DNA from: an uncultured Magnetococcales bacterium
GTDB lineage: Bacteria; Pseudomonadota; Alphaproteobacteria; UBA2136
Assembly (NCBI GenBank): GCA_963974105.1
Contig: CAXBBG010000002.1
Coordinates: forward strand, 127,396-191,395
Direction: 5' to 3'
DNA length: 64,000 bases
Part shown: positions 18,676-27,865 of the stretch, one piece after another
How positions within the stretch are numbered: the stretch's first letter is position 1
Layout: each line of letters opens with the position of its first letter
Notes under the pieces: model-generated
What the model saw: only the letters and a program-made list of their open reading frames with translations
Told to the model about the DNA's origin: nothing
Databases searched by the model: none
Translations under genes and position numbers: made by a program

Positions 18676-19480
18676 GGCGAGTTACCTCGTCTTTAGTTTT
18701 TACCCACCCCATTTCTTTTGCAAGAGTAGCGTAGGTATTTTCATAACATAGAACACGACCCATTTCTTGGATACTGTCTATTATTTTCATGAAGTTATGT
18801 GTATGCGATGCACGTAGGTTTTTATGTTGATTTAACAGTATAATGGAACTAACAAGGCCAATAATACTGGTAACCAATGCCACTTGAACACCACCCACAA
18901 CACCACCTACAATAGAAAGTGCTGTATCGGCAGTAAGAGCGCCCCAGTTAACGGATGCAAAACCCCAAACAAGGCCCATAAATGTACCAAGCATACCATA
19001 TTTTGTTAAATTTTCAGCCTGAGCCAATTCCTCTGCAACGCGGTAATTAAAGTCTTCTTCAATTAAAGCTTCACATGTTTCCATATTGCCTTGACTCAGC
19101 GGTTGAGAAGGGTTGCGTTGTATATAACGAAGTAAACGCGCAAATAAAATTTTAATAGACGCATCTTTCATGGCGCAAATACGTTCATTTGAAATAAATT
19201 CACCTAAAGTTTTTGCGTAATTTGAACTATTGTTCAATCGAGAAAGTATTTTTTTATTTGCGTCATTATTAAGCTGTTCACGTTTTACGTTTTTATACTG
19301 AATTCTTGCTGCTTGCGTCAGCGTATAAATAATAAATACGCTAAAAACAATGCCAAGAGTATCTTCAGAAATAAGAACGTCAATATTGCCTGTTACCCAT
19401 AACAAAAAGGTAAGCATTAAAATGGCAACGGTTACTGTGACCCAGCGTGTGTGTACATTTTTAGATTTTTGAGTGGCCAT
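18665..19480 (-). CDS. MotA/TolQ/ExbB proton-channel family protein
   Basis: 271 aa. Two N-terminal TM helices, a ~100-aa cytoplasmic loop, then YGMLGTFMGLVWGF...GGVQVALVTSIIGLVSSIILL, which matches the G(L/M)LGT...AL.T...GL signature of the MotA_ExbB family. Confidence 0.75.
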   Translation of the reverse strand: MATQKSKNVHTRWVTVTVAILMLTFLLWVTGNIDVLISEDTLGIVFSVFIIYTLTQAARIQYKNVKREQLNNDANKKILSRLNNSSNYAKTLGEFISNERICAMKDASIKILFARLLRYIQRNPSQPLSQGNMETCEALIEEDFNYRVAEELAQAENLTKYGMLGTFMGLVWGFASVNWGALTADTALSIVGGVVGGVQVALVTSIIGLVSSIILLNQHKNLRASHTHNFMKIIDSIQEMGRVLCYENTYATLAKEMGWVKTKDEVTRHET

Positions 19481-19777
19481 GATTTGACCTCCATCAGTAA
19501 AGAAATGCTATTTATGAAGTGTTAAGGAGTTTTAAGATTTGAGTAATAAGACTCAGTTGATGAAATTTTGTCTGCCAACATGTTTGTCTGTAGCAGCTAA
19601 AAGGGATGAATGTATCTATTATGATCGGATTATTTCACACTAATAACTAATTGTAAAGATTTTAGTATACAGTTGTTTATGCTTTGTTATGTTTGAATTA
19701 AGAATGTTTTTGTTTGACGAATGTTGGCGTGGGATTTAATCTATGCCGTAATAAAAAAATGAAGGAAACCTTACCAC

Positions 19778-20260
19778 GTGAAAATTGCTTTATACCCAGG
19801 CACATTTGATCCCTTTACAAAGGGACATTTAGACATTGCTAAACGTGCTGCAAAGCAGTTTGACGAAATAATCATAGCTGTAAGCGAGCACGAAAAAAAG
19901 AAAACGCTTTTTAGCTTAGAGGCGCGTATAGATTTAATAAAGCAAAGCGTAGCGGAAGCGGACATTAAAAATGTTACCGTCCAAGGGTTTAGTAATTTAC
20001 TGGCAAATTTTGCGAAGGAAAAAGGCGCAACTGTTGTTATTCGTGGTTTGCGCGTAACGTCTGACTTTGAATATGAATTTAAAATGGCTCAGTTTAATAA
20101 CGAAATGCACCCAGGTCTAGAAGTTGTTTATTTAATGTCTACGGCAGCTTTCTTGCATGTTTCATCCACATCGGTGAAGGAGATTGCAAGTTTGGGTGGT
20201 GACGTGAGCGCTTATGTGCCCAAATGCGTCAAACAAAAATTAGATAAAGTGAAAATATAA
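19778..20260 (+). CDS. coaD: Phosphopantetheine adenylyltransferase
   Basis: GTG start; KIALYPGTFDPFTKGHLDI (nucleotidyltransferase T/HxGH motif) and SSTSVKEI. Confidence 0.93.
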   Translation: MKIALYPGTFDPFTKGHLDIAKRAAKQFDEIIIAVSEHEKKKTLFSLEARIDLIKQSVAEADIKNVTVQGFSNLLANFAKEKGATVVIRGLRVTSDFEYEFKMAQFNNEMHPGLEVVYLMSTAAFLHVSSTSVKEIASLGGDVSAYVPKCVKQKLDKVKI

Positions 20261-20697
20261 TGGCAAGCCTTAACACCATTTCGGGTGTTATTTCTTTTAA
20301 GGAAGAAAATGGCAAACTGACCCATTTAACATGGGGCAATACTTACAGCGAATGCCCATGTTCAACTCAAATTATAAATGAGCTCGGGGCGTACTTTACA
20401 GGAAACGATAAAAAATTTAATATCCCTTTAGAACCTAAAGGCACAGCGTTTCAAAAAAAGGTATGGCACTATTTATTAACCATTCCATACGGCGCATTAA
20501 AAACTTACAAAGATGTAGCGATAGCAGTGGGCAGTCATCCACGTGCTGTGGGCGGGGCGGTTGGTAAAAATCCAATTCCTATTATTATACCTTGCCACCG
20601 TGTTGTTGCGTCGAACGGTAAAATGTGTGGATTTAGTGGCGGTGAGGGGATAAAAACCAAGGAAATTCTTTTAAAACACGAACAATTGCATAAATAA
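20260..20697 (+). CDS. ogt: Methylated-DNA--protein-cysteine methyltransferase
   Basis: 145 aa; active site IPCHRVV and the helix-turn-wing YKDVAIAVGSHPRAVGGAVGKNP. Confidence 0.88.
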   Translation: MASLNTISGVISFKEENGKLTHLTWGNTYSECPCSTQIINELGAYFTGNDKKFNIPLEPKGTAFQKKVWHYLLTIPYGALKTYKDVAIAVGSHPRAVGGAVGKNPIPIIIPCHRVVASNGKMCGFSGGEGIKTKEILLKHEQLHK

Positions 20698-20730
20698 AAA
20701 ATTAAAAAACTAAAATGAAAGTAAGAAAAT

Positions 20731-21270
20731 ATGAAAAAAATTAAACTATTTTTAATCTCAGCGATGATGCTATTGAGTGCCAATGCACAGGCTGAACTGA
20801 CAGGCGGTACAGTACAATACCCAGATCCTGCCAAAATGATTTACGTTAAAATGGAAACAAAGCACGGTGACGTGATTATGAAGCTTTTCCCTGATGTTGC
20901 ACCAAAAACAGTTGCTGCTTTTGTAGAGCGTGTTAAAGAAGGCTTTTATGATGGTATTTATTTCCACCGCGTTATACCTGGTTTTGTAGCGCAAGGCGGT
21001 GACCCTACATTGGTTGGTCGCCCAGCTGTAAATTATACATTGCCACCAGAATTCCAAAATCGTGTAAAACATAAGCGTGGTACACTTGCTATGGCGCGTA
21101 CAAACGACGTAAACTCCGCGTCAACCCAGTTTTACATCGCTTACACAAGCATTCCACATCTTGACAACCAGTACACCGTTTTTGGTGAAGTGGAAAGTGG
21201 CATGAGTGCTGTTGATAAAATTAACAAAGGTGACAAAATGTTAAAAGTTTACCTTGTTAACAAACAATAG
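20731..21270 (+). CDS. ppiA: Peptidyl-prolyl cis-trans isomerase, cyclophilin type, secreted form
   Basis: Signal peptide MKKIKLFLISAMMLLSANAQA; FHRVIPGFVAQGGDP, GTLAMAR, STQFYI. Confidence 0.9.
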   Translation: MKKIKLFLISAMMLLSANAQAELTGGTVQYPDPAKMIYVKMETKHGDVIMKLFPDVAPKTVAAFVERVKEGFYDGIYFHRVIPGFVAQGGDPTLVGRPAVNYTLPPEFQNRVKHKRGTLAMARTNDVNSASTQFYIAYTSIPHLDNQYTVFGEVESGMSAVDKINKGDKMLKVYLVNKQ

Positions 21271-21285
21271 TTGCTTAAATTTATT

Positions 21286-21317
21286 AAAGAAGGCCTTTTT
21301 ATTAAGAGGCCTTTTTT
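21286..21317 (+). terminator. Rho-independent terminator after ppiA
   Basis: AAAGAAGGCCT-loop-AGGCCTTTTTT. Confidence 0.6.
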
Positions 21318-21403
21318 ATTGACAAAAAACCCTGTTTTAAATTACTAAATACTTTATATTAAAACAAACAAAGCGCGCTTTAATCTTTTTAAGGTGTGGC
21401 TCA

Positions 21404-21847
21404 ATGAAAGAAATTAAAATGGCAGATGCAAGACTTGTAACAAAATACGGTGAAGTATTGATTAACTTTTACCCAGAAGTAGCACCTAAAACAGTAGCTT
21501 CAATTAAAGAGCGTATTGCAGAAGGGTTTTACGATGGCTTAACATTCCACCGCGTGATTGAGGGCTTTATGGCACAATGCGGTGATGCTGAATCTTCAGG
21601 TCGTGAAGGTGTTGACTACACACTAGAAGCGGAATTTAGCGAGGTGGAACACACACGCGGTATTCTTTCTATGGCACGTATGGGGCATGACATTCACTCT
21701 GCTTCAACACAGTTTTTCATTTGCTACGACGCACACCCACACTTAGACGGTGAATACACAGTATTTGGTGAAGTGGAAAGTGGTATGGAAGCTGTTGACC
21801 AGCTTAAAAATGGCGACGAAATGGTTGAGTTTACACTTTGTGACTAA
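21404..21847 (+). CDS. ppiB: Peptidyl-prolyl cis-trans isomerase, cyclophilin type, cytoplasmic form
   Basis: 147 aa, no signal peptide; FHRVIEGFMAQCGD, SMARMG, STQFFI. Tandem paralogue of the preceding gene. Confidence 0.9.
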   Translation: MKEIKMADARLVTKYGEVLINFYPEVAPKTVASIKERIAEGFYDGLTFHRVIEGFMAQCGDAESSGREGVDYTLEAEFSEVEHTRGILSMARMGHDIHSASTQFFICYDAHPHLDGEYTVFGEVESGMEAVDQLKNGDEMVEFTLCD

Positions 21848-21861
21848 GTGTTATCATTCTT

Positions 21862-21893
21862 AAAAAAAGCCCGCATCATACGGGCTTTTTTTT
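21862..21893 (+). terminator. Rho-independent terminator after ppiB
   Basis: AAAAAAAGCCCG-CATCATA-CGGGCTTTTTTTT. Confidence 0.85.
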
Positions 21894-21987
21894 ATCAATT
21901 TCTATAAAAATCTATAATTTATAAACATAATTATTGGCTATGTGGGCAATATGCTATAAAACTGCATGACATACAATGAAGGAATGA

Positions 21988-22707
21988 ATGATGACAACTT
22001 GGATATTTGGACACCATGCCGTAGAAGGCGTTATAAAGGCTGGTAAGCGTGAAGTTTATGAACTTTTAGTGACGCAAAAAAATGTAAATCGTTATGCCGA
22101 ATATAAAAAAGACCTTAAAGGTGCGCGTGTTGATACCGTTCATCCAAGAGAGTTAGATAAGAAGTTTCCTGATCTTGTTCACCAAGGTGTTGCTGCTAAG
22201 GTGGGTAATTTAAAAGAGATGAGCTTAGAGTCTGTTTTAGGGCACGCCAATTTTTTACTTATTTTAGATCAAGTAACAGACCAGCGTAATATTGGTGCTT
22301 GTTTGCGTAGTGCGAACGCTTTTGGTTGCGATGCTGTTCTTATTCCAGCACATGGGGCGGGGGCATTAAATGACGTTGCTGTTAAGGCTTCTGTGGGTGC
22401 AAGTGAATATACACCTGTTATTCAAGTGGGTAACTTGAACAAAACGATAGAGCAAATTCAAAAAGAAGGTTTTTGGACTGTCGGTCTTGACGGTTATGCT
22501 GAAAAAGAGCTTTCAGACGTCGACTTAACAGGTAAAATTGCCATCATTATGGGCAGCGAAGGTAATGGCTTGCGTGATTTGGTGAAGAAAAACTGTGATT
22601 TTACGGCTAAATTACCGATGGTGGGCGAAGTGGAGAGCTTAAATGTAAGTGTTGCAACGGGTATCAGTTTATACGAAGCTTGTAAGCAGCGCAAAAAACA
22701 AAAATAA
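21988..22707 (+). CDS. rlmB: TrmH/SpoU family 23S rRNA (guanosine-2'-O)-methyltransferase, RlmB-like
   Basis: 239 aa; LDQVTDQRNIGACLRSANAFG, IIMGSEGNGLR, ESLNVSVATGISLYE (SpoU motifs 1-3). Confidence 0.85.
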   Translation: MMTTWIFGHHAVEGVIKAGKREVYELLVTQKNVNRYAEYKKDLKGARVDTVHPRELDKKFPDLVHQGVAAKVGNLKEMSLESVLGHANFLLILDQVTDQRNIGACLRSANAFGCDAVLIPAHGAGALNDVAVKASVGASEYTPVIQVGNLNKTIEQIQKEGFWTVGLDGYAEKELSDVDLTGKIAIIMGSEGNGLRDLVKKNCDFTAKLPMVGEVESLNVSVATGISLYEACKQRKKQK

Positions 22708-22726
22708 GCGTTAAATTTCATATTTT

Positions 22727-22767
22727 AGGCATTTATATCTATATTTTAGGTGTAAATGCCTTTTTTT
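22727..22767 (+). terminator. Rho-independent terminator after rlmB
   Basis: AGGCATTTA-17 nt-TAAATGCCTTTTTTT. Confidence 0.65.
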
Positions 22768-22908
22768 ACGCATAAAAGACAAGTTTTTGTTCTGTGGGGT
22801 TGTAATTTAAAAGTAAAGATACTATATACGTATTAGATATTGCGTAACCTATACTTTTACTGGAGGAATCTCCTCCAATCTTCTTTTCCTTTATAAGGAG
22901 TTTTATCT

Positions 22909-23295
22909 ATGAGCCAAAAATCGGTTTACAGAGTCAAAATGACAGATCCAAGCAAAATGACGCGCCATTCATATTATACATTAAAACTTGTTTCAGGTAT
23001 TTGCCCGAATACAAGACGCGTGGCGGGTAGGGCATTAACGTCCCATCAACCGGGCTTATATCATGTTTATGAGAATGTATCACAAATGTTAGAAGATGCG
23101 TTGAAACAGGCTGAAAATTTGAATGAAAAGATTTATATTCATTTAAATGTTGAAGCTGGTATTTGCATTGGCGATATAAAGAAAGAATGCGATAAAGCTT
23201 TAAAAGGCGTGGCGATAGCCCACATTCTTCATCCAAGCACTGCATCTGTCAAAGTAAATGCACGTGAGCATATTATTTTATTGCAAACTGTCTAA
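22909..23295 (+). CDS. Hypothetical protein (128 aa), no recognisable motif
   Basis: Long ORF in an otherwise empty gap, AAGGAG Shine-Dalgarno 8 nt upstream, own terminator downstream. Confidence 0.55.
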   Translation: MSQKSVYRVKMTDPSKMTRHSYYTLKLVSGICPNTRRVAGRALTSHQPGLYHVYENVSQMLEDALKQAENLNEKIYIHLNVEAGICIGDIKKECDKALKGVAIAHILHPSTASVKVNAREHIILLQTV

Positions 23296-23305
23296 ATTTT
23301 CGAAA

Positions 23306-23333
23306 TAAAAAAGCACCAGTCGGTGCTTTTTTT
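23306..23333 (+). terminator. Rho-independent terminator
   Basis: AAAAAGCACC-AGTC-GGTGCTTTTTTT. Confidence 0.85.
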
Positions 23334-23414
23334 ATGCCTATCTTGCGGTATAGGCGATAAACTGATATATCTAGTATCAACATATTTTTTATATAAAAAC
23401 AGGAATAATAAATT

Positions 23415-24548
23415 ATGCTCATTACCATCCCAAGTGAAGCCCAGGGTGAAAACCGCGTTGCAATGACACCTGATACGGTTAAACGTTTACTCAGCAAGTT
23501 TAAAGGCGTTGACATAGCTGTAGAAAAGGGTGCTGGACAAAAAGCTTATATAGAAGACAGCGCTTTTGAAGCTGTAGGTGCAAAAATTGTAACACGCGCA
23601 AAATCATTTGGGGGTGACATTGTATTAACGGTAAATGCACCAGCAAAGGCGGATATTAAAAATTTTAAAAAAGGTGCTTTGCTTATTGGTAGTTTAGACC
23701 CATCTTCAAATACCAACCTGTTTAAAGACTTTGCAAAAAGTGGCGTTAACGCGCTTGCTACAGAAAAAATTCCACGTATTTCACGTGCACAAGCTATGGA
23801 CACATTGTCATCTCAAGCCAACATTGCAGGCTATATGGCTGTTCTCGAAGCGACAAATCACTTCAATAAATTTTTCCCTGTAATGATGACGGCGGCGGGT
23901 TCAAGTAAACCTGCAAAAGTTATTATTTTAGGTGTGGGTGTTGCGGGGCTTCAAGCCATTGCCACAGCCAAACGCTTAGGTGCTTCGGTTGAAGCGTTTG
24001 ATGTACGCCCAGAAGTGGCAGAGCAAGTTCAGTCTCTTGGTGCTAAGTTTATTGACCTTGGTTTAGACGAAGACGGATCGGGCGAGGGCGGCTACGCAAA
24101 AGAATTAAGCACTGAAGGTAAAGAAAAGCAGCAAGCTGCTTTACAAGAATATCTGAAAAAGGCTGATATTGTTATTACAACCGCTCAAATTCCTGGGCGC
24201 GCAGCACCTATCCTTATTACAGAAGGCGCTGTTAAAGGCATGAAAGAAGGTTCTGTTGTGATTGATATGGCGGCAGGTGGCTTTAATCAAGCTAATAAAA
24301 TTGCTGGGGGTAACTGCCCTTTAACTGTGGTGAATGAAGTTTGCGTGAAGCACGGCGTAACGCTTGTGGGTTATACCGATTACCCTTCACGTATGTCGGG
24401 TGATGCAAGTGCGTTCTTCTCACGCAACTTACTTAATATTTTACCGCTTCTTATCGAAGAAAATGAAGGTAAATCAGTTTTGAATATACATACAGATGAT
24501 GAAATTATTGTGAAGTCACTGGTAACGTTAGATGGAGAGGTTAAGTAA
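23415..24548 (+). CDS. pntAA: NAD(P) transhydrogenase subunit alpha part 1 (dI, NAD-binding)
   Basis: 377 aa; Ala-dehydrogenase/PNT fold with VIILGVGVAGLQAIATAKRLGA Rossmann motif. Followed by pntAB and pntB. Confidence 0.93.
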   Translation: MLITIPSEAQGENRVAMTPDTVKRLLSKFKGVDIAVEKGAGQKAYIEDSAFEAVGAKIVTRAKSFGGDIVLTVNAPAKADIKNFKKGALLIGSLDPSSNTNLFKDFAKSGVNALATEKIPRISRAQAMDTLSSQANIAGYMAVLEATNHFNKFFPVMMTAAGSSKPAKVIILGVGVAGLQAIATAKRLGASVEAFDVRPEVAEQVQSLGAKFIDLGLDEDGSGEGGYAKELSTEGKEKQQAALQEYLKKADIVITTAQIPGRAAPILITEGAVKGMKEGSVVIDMAAGGFNQANKIAGGNCPLTVVNEVCVKHGVTLVGYTDYPSRMSGDASAFFSRNLLNILPLLIEENEGKSVLNIHTDDEIIVKSLVTLDGEVK

Positions 24549-24914
24549 ATGGTTGTTTCATTATTCACAGTCGCAGTTATTGTTTTTGTGTTGGCATGTT
24601 TTGTTGGTTATCACGTTGTGTGGGGGGTAACACCTGCATTACACACGCCTTTAATGGCTGTGACTAACGCTATTTCTGGTATTGTTATTGTTGGCGCTAT
24701 GATGGTTGCTGGTGGCGCTGTTGAAGTTGACATGGCACAGTCAGATGTTCTGCTTGATATGATGGACGTGCAAGAGCATGCACCTGAATACAGTGCCTAC
24801 ATCGCAAAGGCCATTGGTTCTGTTGGTGTGTTTTTGGCATCTATTAACATTTTTGGTGGTTTTGTTGTGACCAACCGTATGTTGGCGATGTTTAAATCGA
24901 AGGACAAAAAATAA
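24549..24914 (+). CDS. pntAB: NAD(P) transhydrogenase subunit alpha part 2 (membrane dII fragment)
   Basis: 121 aa, 3-4 TM helices, ...[20 protein letters not shown].... The start abuts the pntAA stop (TAAATG). Confidence 0.9.
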   Translation: MVVSLFTVAVIVFVLACFVGYHVVWGVTPALHTPLMAVTNAISGIVIVGAMMVAGGAVEVDMAQSDVLLDMMDVQEHAPEYSAYIAKAIGSVGVFLASINIFGGFVVTNRMLAMFKSKDKK

Positions 24915-24985
24915 AAGGCTTTATGAAGGGCTTTGTAAACTAAATTCATAATTATATATTATAGATTATTGAGGGAATAATAAAA

Positions 24986-26413
24986 ATGACTGAACTTAAA
25001 TCAATGTTAATACCTTATTTAACAGGTGACACATTTGCGCTTATTTATCTGATAGCAGGCGTATTATTTATTTTAGGGCTTAAGGGCTTGGCACATCCAT
25101 CAAGTGCAAGGCGCGGTAATAATTTTGCTATGCTTGGTATGTTCATTGCTATTGTAGCAACGCTTTTCCACCCTCATGTTGTAGACTACTTATGGATATT
25201 TATTCCAATGGCATTAGGGGCACTTATTGGTGTGCCTTTGGCGCTTAAAATTAACATGACATCTATGCCGCAATTGGTTGCAATACTTCACTCGTTTGTG
25301 GGTATGGCAGCTGTTTTGGTTGCAGGTGGTATGTATTTAGAAAATCCACAAGCGCATGACACCGTTGCCATGATTGAAATTTTTATGGGTGCATGGATTG
25401 GTGCCATCACTTTCACGGGGTCAATTGTTGCCTTTGGTAAACTTAATGGTAACTTCCGTAGTGCACCGATTACATTTAAAGGTCAGCATTTGTTGAACCT
25501 TATTATCTTCACAGCTATGATTTTAGCAGGTATTTGCTTTGTTACTCAGCATAGCTTGCCAGCATTTATGATTATGTGTGGCTTGGCATTTTTACTTGGT
25601 TTTACACTGATTATTCCAATCGGTGGCGCGGATATGCCTGTCATTGTTTCGATGTTAAACTCTTATTCAGGTTGGGCAGCCGCAGCAACTGGTTTCACAC
25701 TTGGTAACATGCAGCTTATTATTGCAGGTGCGCTTATTGGTTCTTCTGGTGCTATTCTTTCATATATTATGTGTAAAGCGATGAACCGTAGCTTTATCAG
25801 TGTTATTTTAGGTGGTTTTGGTGCATCCGAAGAAGAAACCGCTATGGCGGCGAAGCAGGCATCGGCTGCCGAAAAAGGTGTGAAATCAGCGGCTGTAGAA
25901 GACGCTGCTTACATGCTTGAAAATGCTGAAAGCGTTATCATTGTTCCAGGTTATGGTATGGCGGTTGCACAAGCGCAGCACGCATTAAAAGACGTAATGG
26001 AAGTTTTAGAAGAAAAAGGTGTGAAGGTGCGTTTTGCTATTCACCCTGTAGCAGGTCGTATGCCAGGGCACATGAACGTGCTTTTGGCAGAGTCGGATGT
26101 ACCATATGACCGTGTGGAAGAAATGGACGAAATTAACGGATCATTTTCACAAACTGATGTCGTACTGGTTGTTGGCGCAAACGACGTTGTAAACCCTGAC
26201 GCAAAAGAAGATCCTTCAAGTCCACTTTATGGTATGCCAATTCTTGACGCTTATAAGGCTAAAATGGTTTACGTTGTGAAGCGTTCGATGAACAGTGGTT
26301 ATGCAGGTGTTGAAAACACGTTGTTTTATATGGATAATACCTATATGATATTTGGTGACGCAAAAGAAGTTGCAGAAAATATGTCTAGTAGTCTTAAAGG
26401 TACAGGTCATTAA
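24986..26413 (+). CDS. pntB: NAD(P) transhydrogenase subunit beta
   Basis: 475 aa; membrane N-terminal half, and a C-terminal dIII with VPGYGMAVAQAQH, HPVAGRMPGHMNVLLAE, GANDVVNP. Confidence 0.95.
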   Translation: MTELKSMLIPYLTGDTFALIYLIAGVLFILGLKGLAHPSSARRGNNFAMLGMFIAIVATLFHPHVVDYLWIFIPMALGALIGVPLALKINMTSMPQLVAILHSFVGMAAVLVAGGMYLENPQAHDTVAMIEIFMGAWIGAITFTGSIVAFGKLNGNFRSAPITFKGQHLLNLIIFTAMILAGICFVTQHSLPAFMIMCGLAFLLGFTLIIPIGGADMPVIVSMLNSYSGWAAAATGFTLGNMQLIIAGALIGSSGAILSYIMCKAMNRSFISVILGGFGASEEETAMAAKQASAAEKGVKSAAVEDAAYMLENAESVIIVPGYGMAVAQAQHALKDVMEVLEEKGVKVRFAIHPVAGRMPGHMNVLLAESDVPYDRVEEMDEINGSFSQTDVVLVVGANDVVNPDAKEDPSSPLYGMPILDAYKAKMVYVVKRSMNSGYAGVENTLFYMDNTYMIFGDAKEVAENMSSSLKGTGH

Positions 26414-26445
26414 GGTTTGGTAAAAATAATAAAAGGTAACCTTGC

Positions 26446-26931
26446 ATGAAAAACTTAATTAAATTTTTATTGTCACCTAAGGGGCGCATACGCCGCATGG
26501 CATTTGTTAATGCTTGGGTGTTGGTTATATCTTTGATGATTGCTTGTTATTTAATCGTTCCTGCAGGTGTTAATTATCTTATATTTATGCCGTTATTTTT
26601 GTTCATACCAACGGTTAAACGCTTACATGATATTCATTTAAATGGGTTTTATGCTTTGATAGTGTATCAGCTATATGGTTTGCTTGCTTTTCAGGCAAAT
26701 GGCATGAATGCTATTGAAATGTTTGGCTACGTTGTGCCTATGTCCACATTAATTTATTATATGCTTTGGCCTACATTTGTTATTTTGTTTTATCTTGCTG
26801 TAAAAAAGGGCGATATAGGGACAAACCGTTATGGTATTAACCCCGCTTGGAAAGTCGTGCCTCGCGTTCCTTTGGCTGAGTTTTTGTCATGGCGTGGCAT
26901 TGCACTTAAAATTGGAGAAAAGCATAAATGA
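26446..26931 (+). CDS. DUF805 family inner-membrane protein
   Basis: 161 aa; N-terminal KGRIRRMAFVNAW followed by 4 TM helices, the pattern of YhaH/YhaI-type DUF805 proteins. Confidence 0.65.
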   Translation: MKNLIKFLLSPKGRIRRMAFVNAWVLVISLMIACYLIVPAGVNYLIFMPLFLFIPTVKRLHDIHLNGFYALIVYQLYGLLAFQANGMNAIEMFGYVVPMSTLIYYMLWPTFVILFYLAVKKGDIGTNRYGINPAWKVVPRVPLAEFLSWRGIALKIGEKHK

Positions 26932-27245
26932 GTTCTTATGCCGTTGTTTTTACCACGATGCCAGATAAGTCAAAAGCAAAAGACTTGGCAAAATATTTGG
27001 TTACAAACAAATTAGCGGCATGTGTGAATATTCTTCAAAACGCTACTTCCGTTTATGAATGGGAAGGGGAGCTTGTTGAAGAATCTGAAACTGTTCTTAT
27101 TGTTAAAACCCGCACAGATATGGTTGAAAAAGTGATGATTGACATTCGTCATCACCATCCTTATGAAATTCCAGCGCTTTACAGTTTTACGGTTGATAAG
27201 GGCGACGAAGGTTATATGTCGTGGGTTGATAAGCAGCTTTTATAA
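26928..27245 (+). CDS. cutA: Divalent-cation tolerance protein CutA
   Basis: 105 aa; VVFTTMPDKSKAKDLAKYLVTNKLAACVNI...VYEWEGEL...ETVLIVKT...HPYEIPA. Confidence 0.9.
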   Translation: MSSYAVVFTTMPDKSKAKDLAKYLVTNKLAACVNILQNATSVYEWEGELVEESETVLIVKTRTDMVEKVMIDIRHHHPYEIPALYSFTVDKGDEGYMSWVDKQLL

Positions 27246-27250
27246 ATTAT

Positions 27251-27281
27251 AAAAAAAAGCCCTTCGATAGGGCTTTTTTTT
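27251..27281. terminator. Bidirectional rho-independent terminator between convergent cutA and the fimbrial operon
   Basis: AAAAAAAAGCCCT-TCGAT-AGGGCTTTTTTTT. Confidence 0.85.
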
Positions 27282-27300
27282 AATGGGTTTTATGTGTAAA

Positions 27301-27858
27301 TTAGCTGGGTTCAATTGTAATGGTCAGCGTACCGCTATAAGTACCGTTACTCATACCCGCCATAGCTGTATCTTGAATTTGAACATGTAAATTAGCGCTG
27401 TTGCCACCAGTCGCACAGGTGCTGCTTTGCTGATTGGCATTTGGTATATTGTCTAATTTTACATTCGCAGTGAGTGCTGATTCTCCAACTGTTGTACCTG
27501 CAACGCTGTTCCATCGCACGCGGTAAGCAATGGCATCAGTTCCGTTTGTAATGGTGAATGCACTGCTCGCGCCATCACCAGAGGCCGTCACGCCATACTG
27601 CGCTGTTGGCGTATTACTGTAAACACATACAGGGTAATCATCATCAAAATCACCCGATACATATGTACCAAAGCTAATATCTTGCATGCCTGTAATGCGC
27701 ACGCGGTCAGGAATGGTTACAGAAACATCAAAGCTTCCTGTTGATGTTGGGTTTAGTAAGCCTTGTGTCGCGGCAATACTGCTTGGGATGGCATAAATTC
27801 CTGAAGCGATAATAGCTGTGAGTAAGCATTTTTTATAAACGTTGTTTTGCATATTCAT
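27301..27858 (-). CDS. Secreted fimbrial subunit, spore-coat-U (SCPU)/Csu-type pilin-like
   Basis: 185 aa with a signal peptide (…SSIAATQG). ISFGTY, AIAYRVRWNSVAG, two Cys, and a C-terminal GTYSGTLTITIEPS beta-strand resemble SCPU-domain subunits of archaic chaperone-usher pili. Starts 7 nt downstream of the usher gene. Confidence 0.6.
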   Translation of the reverse strand: MNMQNNVYKKCLLTAIIASGIYAIPSSIAATQGLLNPTSTGSFDVSVTIPDRVRITGMQDISFGTYVSGDFDDDYPVCVYSNTPTAQYGVTASGDGASSAFTITNGTDAIAYRVRWNSVAGTTVGESALTANVKLDNIPNANQQSSTCATGGNSANLHVQIQDTAMAGMSNGTYSGTLTITIEPS

Positions 27859-27865
27859 TTATCCT

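Noticed and set aside
20535-21072. Minus-strand ORFs 20535..20834 and 20770..21072
   Set aside because: They are antisense to ogt and ppiA, both of which carry unambiguous catalytic motifs.
20731-21847. Tandem cyclophilin genes sharing a near-identical 20-nt stretch (tttggtgaagtggaaagtgg)
   Set aside because: This is an ordinary secreted/cytoplasmic PpiA/PpiB paralogue pair, not a repeat element or recent duplication of interest.
23273-23515. 80-aa minus-strand ORF spanning the pntAA start
   Set aside because: It overlaps a terminator and the pntAA 5' end, with no coding signature.
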